Source: Eledone cirrhosa
Lineage: Eukaryota
Reading direction: 5' to 3'
DNA length: 64,000 nucleotides
NCBI GenBank assembly: GCA_964016885.1
Contig: OZ024746.1
Span: forward strand, 57,660,001 to 57,724,000
The first letter of the stretch is position 1, and each line of letters opens with the position of its first letter. The position numbers were made by a program, and so were the translations under genes. This document shows positions 1 to 13,796 of the stretch, piece after piece. A model generated the notes under the pieces. It worked only from the letters and a program-made list of their open reading frames with translations, was not told the DNA's origin and did no database searches.

Positions 1-1209
1 GTTGGAATAATTCAAGTAAGCGGCCCCATAAGGAGTCAGATGATAGTTAGACGTCACATGAGAAAGACAATTGACCTTCTCTATTGAAATAACTGGCAAA
101 TATCATAAAGTAATAGCACAATAATATATACAAAAAGATAAATCCCTAGATTTCTAAAAGCTAAACATTAAAAACAAATACTGAACAGCGAATATATATA
201 TAAAAATTACACTATTGAATCCTCATGTAATATTTCATTTTATTTCTATATTTTATTTTTAAACTCTAAATTTATGATAGATCCTGTTTGCGTGTGGATT
301 TGTTATTTATTTAGCAACGTGTCTAATGTAATAAAAGGAAAGCAAATATAGCAAGACTTTTCGAAATATCATGAAAGTAAGCGAGTGATTTTTTTTGCGT
401 TTTATTTGTGTGTTTGTATTTTTTGTGTTATTGGTGGCTGCACTGCTCTTCATGATCGTGGTGGTGTTGGAAGAGTTTTTATTTCTTCTTTTTCCTGTTA
501 TATTTCAATTTACTTTTTCATTACACACTTTTTTTGCTTTTTTTTAATTTTATTTGCCTTATCGTTATCTGAAATGAAATGCTGTGATTTGGAAGCACTT
601 CTCTCTACACCGCAAAACGTGGCGCCATACAATTATTGAATTCAATAATGTTATAGAAAAGCTAACACACTACGTTGAAAACTAATCCCTGAAGAACACA
701 TGAATGAATTTATGAATAAATAAAGAGGCGAGAAATGCTTGAGGAATAAACCAATATTGTATTGTTGATTCTGTAAAGGTAACAACAACAATAAAGAATA
801 AACAGAAAAAAAACGAACGATGTATATAATAAGAGATACAAGCAATGCTGTAAAATAAGGGGGGAATATTCTAAAGAATTAAATATTCGAAAATCGTTAA
901 TAAGCCGGTGTGTATTGGTGATTAGCTTGATTCTACGACAATGCTGGAAATATAATCTGCACACCCCACTCTTTCTAGGTGTCCATCATCATACATACAT
1001 ATTTTGATACTTATTTAAATACATGCATGCCTATATGGAAGTATGTATATGTGAAAGCTTGTATGAATATATCATCACTTTCTATGTTCTGAAATATACA
1101 CATATACACACAAATATATTTATTTATAAATAAATATATACACACACACACACATACACCCCACACACCCCACACACACACACGCGCATATATATATATC
1201 TCGAAAAAG

Positions 1210-1307
1210 AGTCAGGAGCCGACGGCTGGGTTCCGGCCATTTCGACAGATAGATCCGAACTGGATCTAGCTGTAAAATGGGCCTGAACTCATTCGTCTGG
1301 ATCCTGA

Positions 1308-1310
<3 letters not shown>
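1210..1310. repeat. Small fold-back repeat carrying the 3' half of a hammerhead motif (family also at 1660, 5172, 10478, 44738, 52529)
   Basis: Imperfect inverted repeat centred on GATCCGAACTGGATC. Minus strand reads GAAATGGC..GCCGTC. Flanked by (TA)n. Confidence 0.6.
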
Positions 1311-1378
<68 letters not shown>

Positions 1379-1592
1379 GAGAAGAAAGAAGAATACTGCG
1401 TGGTTGCACATGGGTTACATATGATAAAATTAGTCCTTCGTCAGTGATTTGCCAACCATCATTGATATTTCATCGCATTAAAAATCATATACCTCAGGTT
1501 GGTGCGAGCAATAACTAAAAAAAGCTATTGGGACAAGTAAATCGCGTAAAGCGAGTGAGACAAGTAAACAACATAGAAGGATGAAAGCAACG

Positions 1593-1661
<69 letters not shown>

Positions 1662-2379
1662 AACCAGTAAGACCCCAACAGCTGAGCTCAAGCCGTCTCG
1701 ACGGCTAATATATATATATATATATTGGTTAAGGACTCAGAAGTTAGACATTTGTTGTGTGGTCTGCATAAGAACACGAATTAAATAAAAACCTGTGCAA
1801 ACATTACAGTCTGTCAGAATATTTCACTTCCATAAGTTCGCCTCATCACCGAGTTTTTCCTAAAGAAACATTTGGGTAGATAGGAGAAATTTCAGATAAC
1901 TTTGTCTCCGTTTTTTTCATTTATCGAGGAACAGTCGAAAAGTCAGCAGCAGGATGAATAGATGAAATTTTAAAGAGATTACTACAAAGTGAGTGATGCT
2001 GGCAGATCTTTGTATTCTGCCTATTGGACTGCGTTAGGCTTTAGGTAAGCCACCAAACAATTGAACGTTGAGCATTTGGATGTCTGCAGGCGCAAGTAAG
2101 TTAATTAATATGTGTGTTTGTTTGTGGATTCGTTTACGCATGTGTTTAGGTGTAAACACACACAAACATATGCACACGCGCACACGCACACACACACTCG
2201 TTCACACATACACACACACAGACACAAACACACGAACACACATACACGCACACACATATATATATATATATATACATATATGAAAATATAGAATGAGATA
2301 TATAAAGATAGAGGAGAGGGAGAAGATGTATGAACGGAAGGAAAACTTGAGAAAATGTTATCAATCTGCAATTTGCTTC

Positions 2380-2431
<52 letters not shown>

Positions 2432-2520
2432 ATGTATATATAATAGACAAAACGAGGAAGTTTCGTTTACTTATGAAAAGTAATTATTGCGTATCGACCT
2501 GTTACACTTGTATATATATA

Positions 2521-4625
2521 TATACCCTTATCACAAACCAGGTGAAATACTTACATATATTAGCCCACACTCTAACCACCCACCGGCAGTCGTCAGAGCA
2601 GTAATCAAATCTATCTCGTATAGGATCTCCATGCTATCAGCAAATGAGGAGATATTTATAAACCATGCGGCATATTATAATAAGGCTCTTTCTGAATCTG
2701 GTTATGAACAGTCGATTTACTACATACCTAAATACCATAACACAGACACTTCACCACAACCATAATAAACTTAACACTAGAACTAGAAATACCTTACCAT
2801 ATAGCCACATTCGACGGAATTTTAACAGTAACAGCACCTATACAGGGAACATTAATGGTGGCAGTGGCCTGCTTCCCACTCCAAGTAGCAAACTAAAAAT
2901 CAACCCTAGAATAGGAATGAGCAATGGAATGACAAATAACAAATGCCCAGGTAATAATAACCCTATGAAGGCTCCTACCAACTCCACTAGAACCCCTAGA
3001 ATGAATAGGCCTAGACATGTCACCTGGCTTAAACCACCATTCTCCTCTAATCTAGCCACTAATATCCCTAAACGCTTCTTCTCTATCCTATCTAAAGGCC
3101 CCCCCCCCCCCCCAAAAAAAAACCCCATAAATATTACAAACTCTTTAAGAAAAACAACATTAAAATCTCATTCTCCACAACATCTAACCTAGCTAGCCAC
3201 ATCGCATTCAGTAATCATAATAAACTGAGACAGTATAACTCCCACACTACGGTACCACCACCACCACCACCATCAAATACACGACGCCACTACACCAACA
3301 CATACTCTAGTAGCACACCTCCCCCATCTAATCCTTCTAGCACTGACCAACCGCTTAGGTTAAACAACCCTACTCTCACTAACCGCAGAAGTAACTGCAA
3401 CTGCCGTAACCCTAATGCATGCCCACTAAATGGACATTGCCTGACACCCAATATAGTTGATAGGTGCACGGTTAAAACTGCTTCGCATACCAGCTCCTAT
3501 ATCGGCTCTACCTCTAACCCTTTAAGGTACGCTATAACGCGCACTCTTTTTCCTTCCGAGACCCTAACAACAGATGTTCGACATCTCTAGCTAGGCTCAT
3601 TAAAAACATTAAATTAACCAACATTGAACACTCACTAACATGGGATATCTTGGCTAGGGCCCAACCGTTCAATGGACGAAGAAACACTTTTGACGTCTGT
3701 CTTACCGAAGCATATTGCATAACTCTATCACGACCTCTACCGATTTACGATAGAACGGAGGTAACAATTAGCTGTCAACATCGAAGGGCAAATTCCTTCG
3801 CCAACAGAATATTTGACCCAACATAGTCATCTAGCCCCATTTTTACTTGTAGGTAATAAGTTAAATAGTTATAGCTAACTTAGATAATTATAAGTTACCT
3901 CCCTTATATTGTCTCTCAATTAAAAAATTTAAAAAATTAGCACTCCTTAACTATAAACTACCCACAATTTCTAATCTCTCGAGGAGTTACTTCCTCTGAA
4001 ACCACCCTCTAATTAGTAAGGTAAATATGTCCATTGGCGGCCATCTTGTTACCCATAGGCAGATTTCACACAATGCAGCCTCGACAGAAGAATACTTCTC
4101 GACTATGGCAGATAATAGATATACCCAGGACACCATAGTGAAATACCAATATATGGAACATTACATTCATGTAACATTATTTCCTTATTTTAATTTATAT
4201 TCCTTTTGAATTTCCGATGAGCTGCTCTAACTTTACCTAATTTAATTATTTTCAACTGAACCAGATCAATAATGATCTATAATCATTTGATCCAGAAATA
4301 TTATATGGAGTAGCGAAACAATTGTAAACGGACATTATTATTATTAATATTATTATTATTATTCTCTACATTCCTTACATCAAACTAAAATATGTTGACA
4401 ATCTATTAATAATGTCTTCCTTGTAAAATTTGTGGTCTTTTTTTGCTTAACTAATGAATATTTACAGCGCTGTGCACCTGACCTCTACATGAACCAAGCC
4501 ACCTAGCTGCCTTCCAGTGCATATTGCACATTGAGCACATGCCTTTACGCTTTGGCTTCTAACTAATTCACCAATCTCTCTTCTCCTCTGCTATCTCCTC
4601 TCCTTTCTCCATCTCTCTCTTTAAG
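2521..4625 (+). mobile_element. 5'-truncated, frameshifted Penelope-like element (RT thumb, Cys linker, GIY-YIG, 3' pLTR)
   Basis: PYHKP..SNHPP, WLKPPFS, then CNCRNPNACPLNGHCLTPNIV..SYIGSTSNP at ~3395-3520. Degenerate HHR at ~4214-4326. Confidence 0.85.
4208..4332 (+). ncRNA. Degenerate type I hammerhead motif in PLE 3' region
   Basis: CCGATGA (U4>C), stem II GCTGCTC/GAGTAGC around a long loop, GAAA-CAATTG-TA palindromic stem III. Stem I is weak. Confidence 0.5.
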
Positions 4626-4661
4626 ATTGGTTACTCTTGAACTGTGTATGTATATATATAT

Positions 4662-4726
<65 letters not shown>

Positions 4727-4734
4727 AGTTTGTT

Positions 4735-5168
<434 letters not shown>

Positions 5169-5171
5169 AGC

Positions 5172-5345
5172 TCAAGCCGTTTCGACGGCTATTTCTGGAC
5201 TTCTGAGTCCAGTAATAGCCGCCGAAACGGCTAGAGCTCTGCCGTCGGGGGTCATACATTTTCCTAATTCCCACTCTAATACCTTAAGTATTGGGTACGC
5301 TGGAGCGTTATGGTTCATCTGGTTCCTTACCACAATTCCTTTGTT
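5172..5345 (+). repeat. Fold-back half-hammerhead repeat with tail
   Basis: GCCGTTTCGACGGCTA...TAGCCGCCGAAACGGC-TAGAGCTCT-GCCGTC, followed by a tail shared with the 10478, 44738 and 52529 copies. Confidence 0.6.
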
Positions 5346-5350
5346 ATATG

Positions 5351-5394
<44 letters not shown>

Positions 5395-5853
5395 GAGAGA
5401 GAGACAAACACAATAACAGAGAGTGCAGTACGAACAGTGTGGTACTAGGTTTACGCTTGAGAGTGGTGGATGGGGGACGACGTTTCGGGCAATAGCCCTT
5501 CACCAGGAGAAAAGTGGGTAGGAAAAGAGTCCGAGGGTGTAAGAGGGAGTGGTGGAAAGATATTAAAAAGGGGTAAAAATTAAATGGAATGAAAAAAATT
5601 AAAAGTAAAACAAATGGTGAAAGGTTGTGAGGCGTTTAGAGGTGGTGGTGGTTGGATGGAGGGTGGAGAGTGGAGAAGGATATAGGGGCCCCGAGGGGGT
5701 AGGCTGGAAACTGGTGTGTGTGTATGTCTGGATGTGAGTGTGAAAGTTTGGGGAAGAACGAGGTTCCATATATATATAGAGAGATAGATATAAATATCTC
5801 TGATACATATATATATATTTAGTTATGTAATAAACAACATAAGGCAATTATTA

Positions 5854-5907
5854 CATTTACCAGTGGTTTCTTAAAAGCAAAAAATGTTGCTTTCAATCCT
5901 CAGAATT
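5854..5907 (-). ncRNA. Type I hammerhead ribozyme (antisense arm copy)
   Basis: Reverse complement reads ATT-CTGAGGA-TTGAAAGCAA..TTGCTTTTAA-GAAACCACTGGTA-AATG. Confidence 0.75.
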
Positions 5908-6061
5908 AAAAAAATCCTGGTCTGTTTATTGAATGTGGATTTTAAAAACAAAAATGTAATCTATATGAAAGTGAGGCTGGAGAAAGAAGAAGGAAAGGAA
6001 AAATAAAATAAAACCACACATGCAAACACACACACAAACACACACACACACACAAAAGCAT

Positions 6062-6097
<36 letters not shown>

Positions 6098-6272
6098 GCA
6101 TACACTCATACATACACACAAACATATTCATATATATATGTGTATATAAATACACACATACACATACATATACACATACATACATACGCACATAAATATC
6201 AACACATCCATACATACACATACATATATACAACCTCACACACATATATATATGTAGAAATATAAACATACA

Positions 6273-6325
<53 letters not shown>

Positions 6326-7036
6326 GCATACACATACATAGCCATACACACATACATATACATACATACATACACACAATCATACCTATATACACACGTA
6401 CATACATACACATACATAAATGCGTACGTATACATGTACAAAATTAGAAAAATATACACTCCTCTACAAATTCACACACGCAAATAAATATAAGAAAAAA
6501 TATATATAAAAAAATTAAATAATAATAAAGATTATTATACATTTGACAGCGATACAAACGGCGGGTAGATGAACAGACACACGTGGTAAGCAATACACAC
6601 AAATGCACGTACAAATACGTACGAAAAATTAAATACATACACACACTCTCACACATAAATATACATATACAAATACATAAACACATACATACACATACAC
6701 AAATACATACACAAACACGCACACACACACACGTATACAATTATACACACACATATACACATACATATACATATATATATAAAAATACACACACACATAT
6801 ATATGTATACATTCACACACACATACATAGCTATACAATTATACACATACAAATACGTACATATCATAAACACGCACAACCAAATACAAACACACACACA
6901 CACACATACATATATACATATATATACATATATACATATATGTTTGTGTGTAAAACTCAATCTTAGATAATTCATATGAACCTTACATATACATATATAT
7001 AGTAGTAATGTAATAAGCAACATAAGACAATTAATC

Positions 7037-7091
7037 CATTCACCAGTGGTTTTTTAAAAGCAAAAAAATGTTGCCTTCAATCCTCAGAATG
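7037..7091 (-). ncRNA. Mutated hammerhead copy
   Basis: Same motif with GAAA>AAAA and cleavage-site UG. Confidence 0.55.
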
Positions 7092-8784
7092 AAAAAAACT
7101 ATTCTATCTACATATATATATATACACACACATATATATATATATATATACATATACACATACATACACATACATATTGGTATGTGAAGGGTAAGGCAAA
7201 AAGAATATACGGGGGGGGGCATAGGAAAAGGTGAAATATAAGAGGAGATATGGGAGAAAAAAAAACAAAAAAATAATACAAGAGTACAGAACGTGGATTC
7301 AGCAAATAAAAAAACCGTAGCAGAAGTAAAGAGCAGAGGAGTTCAAGGCGGTTGATTTATCATAGAAGTTTCAATCCAGTTACAGATCAGTGTGATTTCA
7401 GATGAGGACAGCATCTGAAGATCTCAGTCTTTGAGTTAAGGCAAGCGGAAGTGGCTCTCAAGATTAGCAAAATCCTATATTTTTCTGTGGTACACAAAGA
7501 ACAATTCTTTGTGCCCACTTGGTACTCCCTGGAATGGTCTAAGATAGACCAATCGATAGAGTATCCTTGAATTCCCACACCTTAGTTGCAAGGGCCGTTG
7601 TTGATAAATTCCGTAAAGATTTAATCAATACTTTTGCTAACCTTAACCTTAAAATCACTATAGATAGGAACCTTAATAATGCTAACTTTCTTGATATTAA
7701 TCTTGATCTACTTACCGCCTCTTTTAAACCCTATCATAAACCTAACGAAAATCTTAGGTATATACACAAAGAGTCTTGCCATCCCCCTATAGTTTTTAAT
7801 AATCTTATTCTTAATATTAGCCGTAGGATTTCTACCTTATCTTCGTCTATAGACATTTTTAATAAAGCCCTTAAGAACAGCGGTTTAACAGTAAAAAGTT
7901 CTTATTTACCTACTGCCCCCCTAAAACTAACCGCAATAATAGGAAAAGGAAAATTATTTGGTTCACACCCCCCTTCTCTCTTACTGTCAAATCTAATGTA
8001 GGAAGGAAATTCCTTGAACTCTTAGACAAACATTTTCCTCCTAATCATACATATTATAAGATATTTAATAGGAACGTAGTTAAGATCAGTTACTCTTGTT
8101 GCCCATTTATCAAGTCCAATATCACCAGTTCAAATCATACGATAACAAATCCAGGATGCAATTGCAGGGTAAATGTAACACCAAATCTGTTGTTTATGAG
8201 GCTAAAATAATACCGGTAATAAACAACTAGCCACCCAGGAGTGAGCGATATGTCGGTATGACACAGGACATGTTTAAAACCAGATTTTACTCACATGTTG
8301 CTTCTTTTAACCACTCCGATAAACGAATATCAACGGCCCTCGCAAGCAAGGTGTGGGAATTCAAGGATAGTAACATCCCGTACTCTATCGATTGGTCTAT
8401 CTTAGACCATTCGAGGGAGTACCAAAGGGGAACAAAGAATTGTTCTTTGTGTACCACAGAAAAATATAGGATTTTGCTAAACTTGAGAGCCACTTCCGCT
8501 TGCCTTAACTCAAAGACTGAGATCTTCAGATGCTGTCCTCATCTGAAATCACATCTGATCTGTAACTGGATTGACACTCCTATGATAAATCAACCGCCTT
8601 GAACTTCTCTGCTCTTTACTTCTGCTACGGATTTTTTATTTGCTGAATCGACGTTCTGTACTCTTGTATTTTTTTTCTCCCTTATCTCCCCTTATATTTC
8701 ACCTTTTCCTATGTCTTCCCCCCGCCCCATATATTCTTTTTGCCTTACCCTTCACATACCAATATGTATGTGTATGTGTATGTA

Positions 8785-8847
<63 letters not shown>

Positions 8848-8890
8848 GTGTGTGTATATATATGAATATGTAGATAGACCAGGTTTTTTT

Positions 8891-8945
8891 CATTCTGAGG
8901 ATTGAAGGCAACATTTTTTTTCTTTTAAGAAACCACTGGTGAATG
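8891..8945 (+). ncRNA. Hammerhead copy with G at the cleavage position
   Basis: CATT-CTGAGGA..GAAACCACTGGTG-AATG. Confidence 0.6.
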
Positions 8946-9214
8946 GAATAATTGCCTTATGTTGCTTATTACATTACTACTATATATATATATATATGTA
9001 AGGCTCATATGAATTATCTAAGATTGAGTTTTACACACACACATATATGTATATATGTATATATATATGTATATATGTATGTGCGTGTGTGTGTTTGTAT
9101 TTGGTTGTGCGTGTTTATGATATGTACGTATTTGTATGTGTATAATTGTATAGCTATGTATGTATGTGTGTGTGTATTTATACATATATATATGTGTGTG
9201 TGTGTGTGTATGTT

Positions 9215-9247
<33 letters not shown>

Positions 9248-10079
9248 ATATGTATGTGTATAATTGTATACGTGTGTGTGTGTGCGTGTTTGTGTATGTA
9301 TTTGTGTATGTATGTGTTTATGTATTTGTATATGTATATTTATGTGTGAGAGTGTGTGTATGTATTTAATTTTCCGTACGTATGTGTATGTGCATTTGTG
9401 TGTATTGCTTACCACGCGTGTATGTTCATCTACCCGCCGTTTGTATCGCTGTCAAATGTATAATAATCTTTATTATTATTTTATTTTTTTATATATATTT
9501 TTTCTTATATTTATTTGCGTGTGTGAATATGTAGAGGAGTGTATATTTTTCTAATTTTGTACATGTATACGTATGCATTTATGTATGTGTATGTATGTAC
9601 GTGTGTATATAGGTATCATTGTGTGCATGTATGTATGTATATGTATGTGTGTATGGCTATGTATGTGTATCTGTATGCATGTATATATATATATATATTT
9701 ATATATGTATATATATATATATATGTATGTTTATATTTCTATATATATGTGTGTGTATATATGTGTGCGTGGTTGTATATATGTATGTGTATGTATGGAT
9801 GTGTTGATATTTATGTGCGTATGTATGCATGTTTATATGTATGTGTATGTGTGTATTTATATACACATATATATGTGTATATGTGTGTGTGTGTGTATGA
9901 ATGTATGTATATATATATATATAAGTATGTGTGTGTTTATGTATGCTTTTGTGTGTGTGTGTTTGCATGTGTGGTTTTATTTTATTTTTCCTTTCCTTCT
10001 TCTTTCTCCAGACTCACTTTCATATAGATTGCATTTTTGTTTTTAAAATCCAAATTCAATAAACACACCAGGATCTTTT

Positions 10080-10132
10080 CATTCTGAGGATTGAAAGCAA
10101 CATTTTTGCTTTTAAGAAACCACTGGTAAATG
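10080..10132 (+). ncRNA. Type I hammerhead ribozyme, intact core
   Basis: Stem I CATT/AATG, CTGAGGA, ~10-bp stem II, GAA-ACC(ACT)GGT-A. Confidence 0.8.
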
Positions 10133-10477
10133 TAATAATTGCCTTATGTTGTTTATTGCATAACTATTAAGCTCTGTTACCTACATAGAGTACTCTTTTT
10201 CGTGGACTTTTCCGACGGAATTACTTCATTCATACATATATATATTTATACATAATCGGAGAAAGCTAAAAGTGATACTCCGGTCAAATTGCAACTCACT
10301 CAACAAACATTAGGAAATACCAGAGTATATTCCCAATTAATCGGTTGGGGTGCTAACTATATTGTATTGTGTGGATAATTGGCTGTATTATTTCATATGA
10401 GATATATCAAATATATCATTTCCCAGACGACTCGGTTCATTATAAGATTTCTACAAGTTGGGTGAAATATATATATA

Positions 10478-10695
10478 TAACAAAGAGGGTTTGGTAAGAT
10501 ACCATGTGACCCATAACGCAGCTGAGTCCTCAATACTTCGAATAGTAGAGTGGGTAATAGATAAAAAACGTCAGGAACCCGACGGCCGTTTCGACAGCTA
10601 GATCCGAACTAAGCCACCACTATACAGGTGGATTAGTTCGGATCTAGCTTCCAAAATGGCCGGACCTTAGCCACTGGGTTTCTGACACTTTCCAT
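10478..10695 (-). repeat. Fold-back half-hammerhead repeat with tail
   Basis: Minus strand reads GTC-GAAACGGCCGTC-GGGTTCCTGAC. Inverted arms AGCTAGATCCGAACTAA/TTAGTTCGGATCTAGCT. Confidence 0.6.
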
Positions 10696-10989
10696 ATATA
10701 TATATATGAGTAATAATGGAATAGTAATTTAACAATATTTGTTAAGTTCTGAAAAGTTCAATGCGATCTTGGTTTCTGCGTTAACTATGAATTCAAAACA
10801 ATCGAAAGAATCCTCCTAACGTGAAAGTTCTTGCTGTAAGCACTCTGAGGGCAGCAGAGAATAAATATTTAAATTGAAGAAAATCAAGATCTTGAAATTA
10901 AATCTATTTCGTTTCTATGTTTGGCTGTGTATATTTATATACAATTTTCTCACGAGTATGGAAACGATTGGAAACGATTGTAGAGGTTG

Positions 10990-11557
10990 AACATTGCCAG
11001 GGAACGTCTCCACGAACCACCTAAATAGACCATAAAGGTGGTTTTGTCTTTGCGTGTAATTGTTCTCCCCGATCCACATAATGACGTATTATCTTCGTTT
11101 TTTCCGTTCATTGCTAGGGAACCTGTCCTCGAACCAAAGTATCGTTTTCCTGTCTTTCTTCGGTTGCAACGTTTTTCGAAATATTTACTTCTGCGTTCAC
11201 AGATTAATTTTTTTTAGTTTCAGTAGATCCCATTAAGGGTGAAAGCAGCGATTCTTTGCTTAAACATTAATCCGTTATATTAATAAATATTTGCTCTACG
11301 ATTCTTATATATTTGATATATATTTATCCTTATCCACCCTTTTATATATATATATATATATAGTGTTCTCATCGCTCCAAATAATTGTTTCTACTTTTTG
11401 GCACAAGGCCAGTTATTACCCAGTACATTACTGGTACTTTATTTTATCGACCCCGTAGGGATGAAAGGCAGTTAACCTCGGGACGTATTTTAATGTTATT
11501 TTAATAAATATTTGCTCTACGGTTTTATATATTTTATATATATTTATCCTTATCCAC

Positions 11558-11560
<3 letters not shown>
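10990..11560. repeat. Unclassified dispersed repeat, rearranged; inverted homolog at 18702-18930
   Basis: Shared blocks GGGAACGTCTCCACGAACCACCTAAATAGA and TAATAAATATTTGCTCTACG..TATTTATCCTTAT (the latter twice here). Confidence 0.6.
11381..11481 (-). mobile_element. tRNA-derived SINE, 3' part
   Basis: GGCACAAGGCC..CTGGTACTTTATTTTATCGACCCC..GGATGAAAGGCA matches the other SINE copies. Confidence 0.75.
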
Positions 11561-11612
<52 letters not shown>

Positions 11613-12356
11613 ATGTATAGAAACAATACAAAATAATTACCTCATTACCAGAGGTTTCCCGAATAAGACAAATACGAAAGAAACGTCTTCATTCGTTCGT
11701 CGGACGAGGCAATATAAAACATAGATAAATATTTGGAAAGTCTCCTCAAGAAATGCAAGAAAAATAGCCATATAAAATATATGAAAAATGTTTTTAAGAA
11801 ATATAGCTAGGTGATGTGTATATGTATGTATATACACTCACAGATATACACATGTATGTATGTACAAATGTGTGTGTATAGTGAAAATGTGTGCGTAAAT
11901 ATATGTATGAGGGCAAGTATGTCTGTGTATATGTAACGATAGACACAGACATGATGTGAATGTCTGGTTGACAGGTATACAGAAAAAACAGGGGATTAGA
12001 TACATTATAAGAATATGAAGGCACGCGTATAAACACACGCGCACGCGCGTACACTTATGTGCGGAAGAAAAAGAGGTAAGGGATTGTAATAGTAAAAAGA
12101 AAGTATCATTCTCGATATAATTATAAAAATGGAACAATAAATTAGAAAGAAAAAATTGCAAAGGAAAGAAAAGAAAACAAACAAGGTACACGCGTACATA
12201 CACACATATATCTAAAAGAAACATATATCTATAACAAAATATATATATTCACGCAATAGGTGCAGACAAAAGCGTATGCACGCGTACATACACACACAGG
12301 ATGCAAATATATATATATATATACATACGCACACATACATATCCATACATGCAGTA

Positions 12357-12396
<40 letters not shown>

Positions 12397-12784
12397 TACA
12401 CTCACGCACGTTGACCCACTAACATAAAAATAAGAATGTAAACAAACATAGATATAAAAACAGATATAAAAACACACATACATACACATATATATCTACA
12501 CGCACACTCCCGCACATACGGAGGCGTTCGTGTAAATATACAGAAAGTATACACACGTAAAGACGCTCAGACACATAGATACAGGGTGTAAAAACAGCCT
12601 TGTGAATAAGTGAGTACAAATATAAAAATAAAAATATAAAATTGGCTGCGAAATAACAGAAAATATCTGGAGTGGAAAATGCAAGTGACTTGTAATCAGG
12701 TAGTGAAGAAAATAGGGAAGTAAAAGTTGGAAAGTGAAGATATTAGGTAAGTGAATCGGAGAGTAAGGGGGGGTGGATGTGAAG

Positions 12785-13023
12785 TAAAAATAAAAATAAA
12801 AATAAAAATAAAAAAAAAAATAAAAATAAAAATAAAAATAAAAATAAAAATAAAAATAAAAATAAAAATAAAAATAAAAATAAAAATAAAAATAAAAATA
12901 AAAATAAAAATAAAAATAAAAATAAAAATAAAAATAAAAATAAAAATAAAAATAAAAATAAAAATAAAAATAAAAATAAAAATAAAAATAAAAATAAAAA
13001 TAAAAATAAAAATAAAAATAAAA
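12785..13023. repeat. (AAAAAT)n hexamer tract, ~40 units, abutting the SINE 3' end
   Basis: Directly visible. Confidence 0.95.
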
Positions 13024-13028
13024 TTAAT

Positions 13029-13220
13029 AATTGTTTCTACTTTTTGGCACAAGGCCAGCAATTACCCAGTGCATTACTGGTACTTTATTTTATCGACCCC
13101 GTAAGGATGAAAGGCAAAGTTAACCTCGGCGGGATTTGAACTCAGAATGGCAAAGACCGTAACTCTATGCGTCAAAGCATGGCGTCCGACCCTCTACCGA
13201 TACTGCCAATCCATCGCCCT
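13029..13220 (-). mobile_element. tRNA-derived SINE, full length
   Basis: Minus strand has A-box-like TGGCAGTATCGG and B-box-like GAGTTCAAATCCC. Four copies in the window. Confidence 0.85.
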
Positions 13221-13511
13221 TTAATAATAATAAAAATAAAAATCCATCGCCCTTTAATAATAATAAAAATAAAAATGAAATTAATAATAAGGTTAAAAAT
13301 GAAAGTAAATCAGAAAAGGTAGTCTTAAAGAGAATGATTTAAGTGAAGAATAAGAGCTTATGGAGGATAAGTATCTGAAAGTGTGTTAAGTTTATATGAG
13401 CTGGAAAGCAGGTGTGATTTCATGTGTGGGCAACTGGTGAAAATTTCTGTCTTAGTGTTTAGGCATGTATATATATATATATATTAATATATATACACAC
13501 ATATATATATG

Positions 13512-13607
<96 letters not shown>

Positions 13608-13707
13608 AATATAGACATAGAATATTCGAAAATATTCTGTATGTTTATAATAAACATTTTGAAGACCTAATCGCTATAGAATAGAATACGTCACGTATTA
13701 CAATTAG

Positions 13708-13796
13708 ATTCTCGATAAAAGCAAGGGAAGTAATCTACGCGTTTCATTCTTGTTAGAATTCATCAGGACCACATATCCAGTGCTTTTATCGAGAAT
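13708..13796 (-). ncRNA. Type I hammerhead, first of 11 minus-strand copies (every 310 bp)
   Basis: Reverse complement of the motif described at 17070-17158. Confidence 0.88.

Larger units (their letters stand above)
5819..10240 (+). mobile_element. PLE with inverted 5' arm (5819-7600 mirrors ~8330-10166), RT-thumb/GIY-YIG remnant (7600-8602) and tandem pLTR with 2 HHRs per arm
   Basis: NFLDINLDL..PYHKPN..SCHPP; YVGMTQDMFKTRFYSH..CSLCTTEK..LNSKTEIFRCCPH. The long inverted repeat is directly visible. Confidence 0.92.

Noticed and set aside
1430-1860. Partial HHR-like strings (CTGACGAAGGAC at ~1433-1444 minus; GTGATGAG..GAAATAT at ~1819-1850 minus)
   Set aside because: Incomplete or mutated, with no full fold.
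5476-5510. Minus-strand CTGGTGA-AGGGC-TATT-GCCC-GAAACGTC
   Set aside because: Likely a decayed HHR, but the core is mutated and stem I cannot form, so it is not called.
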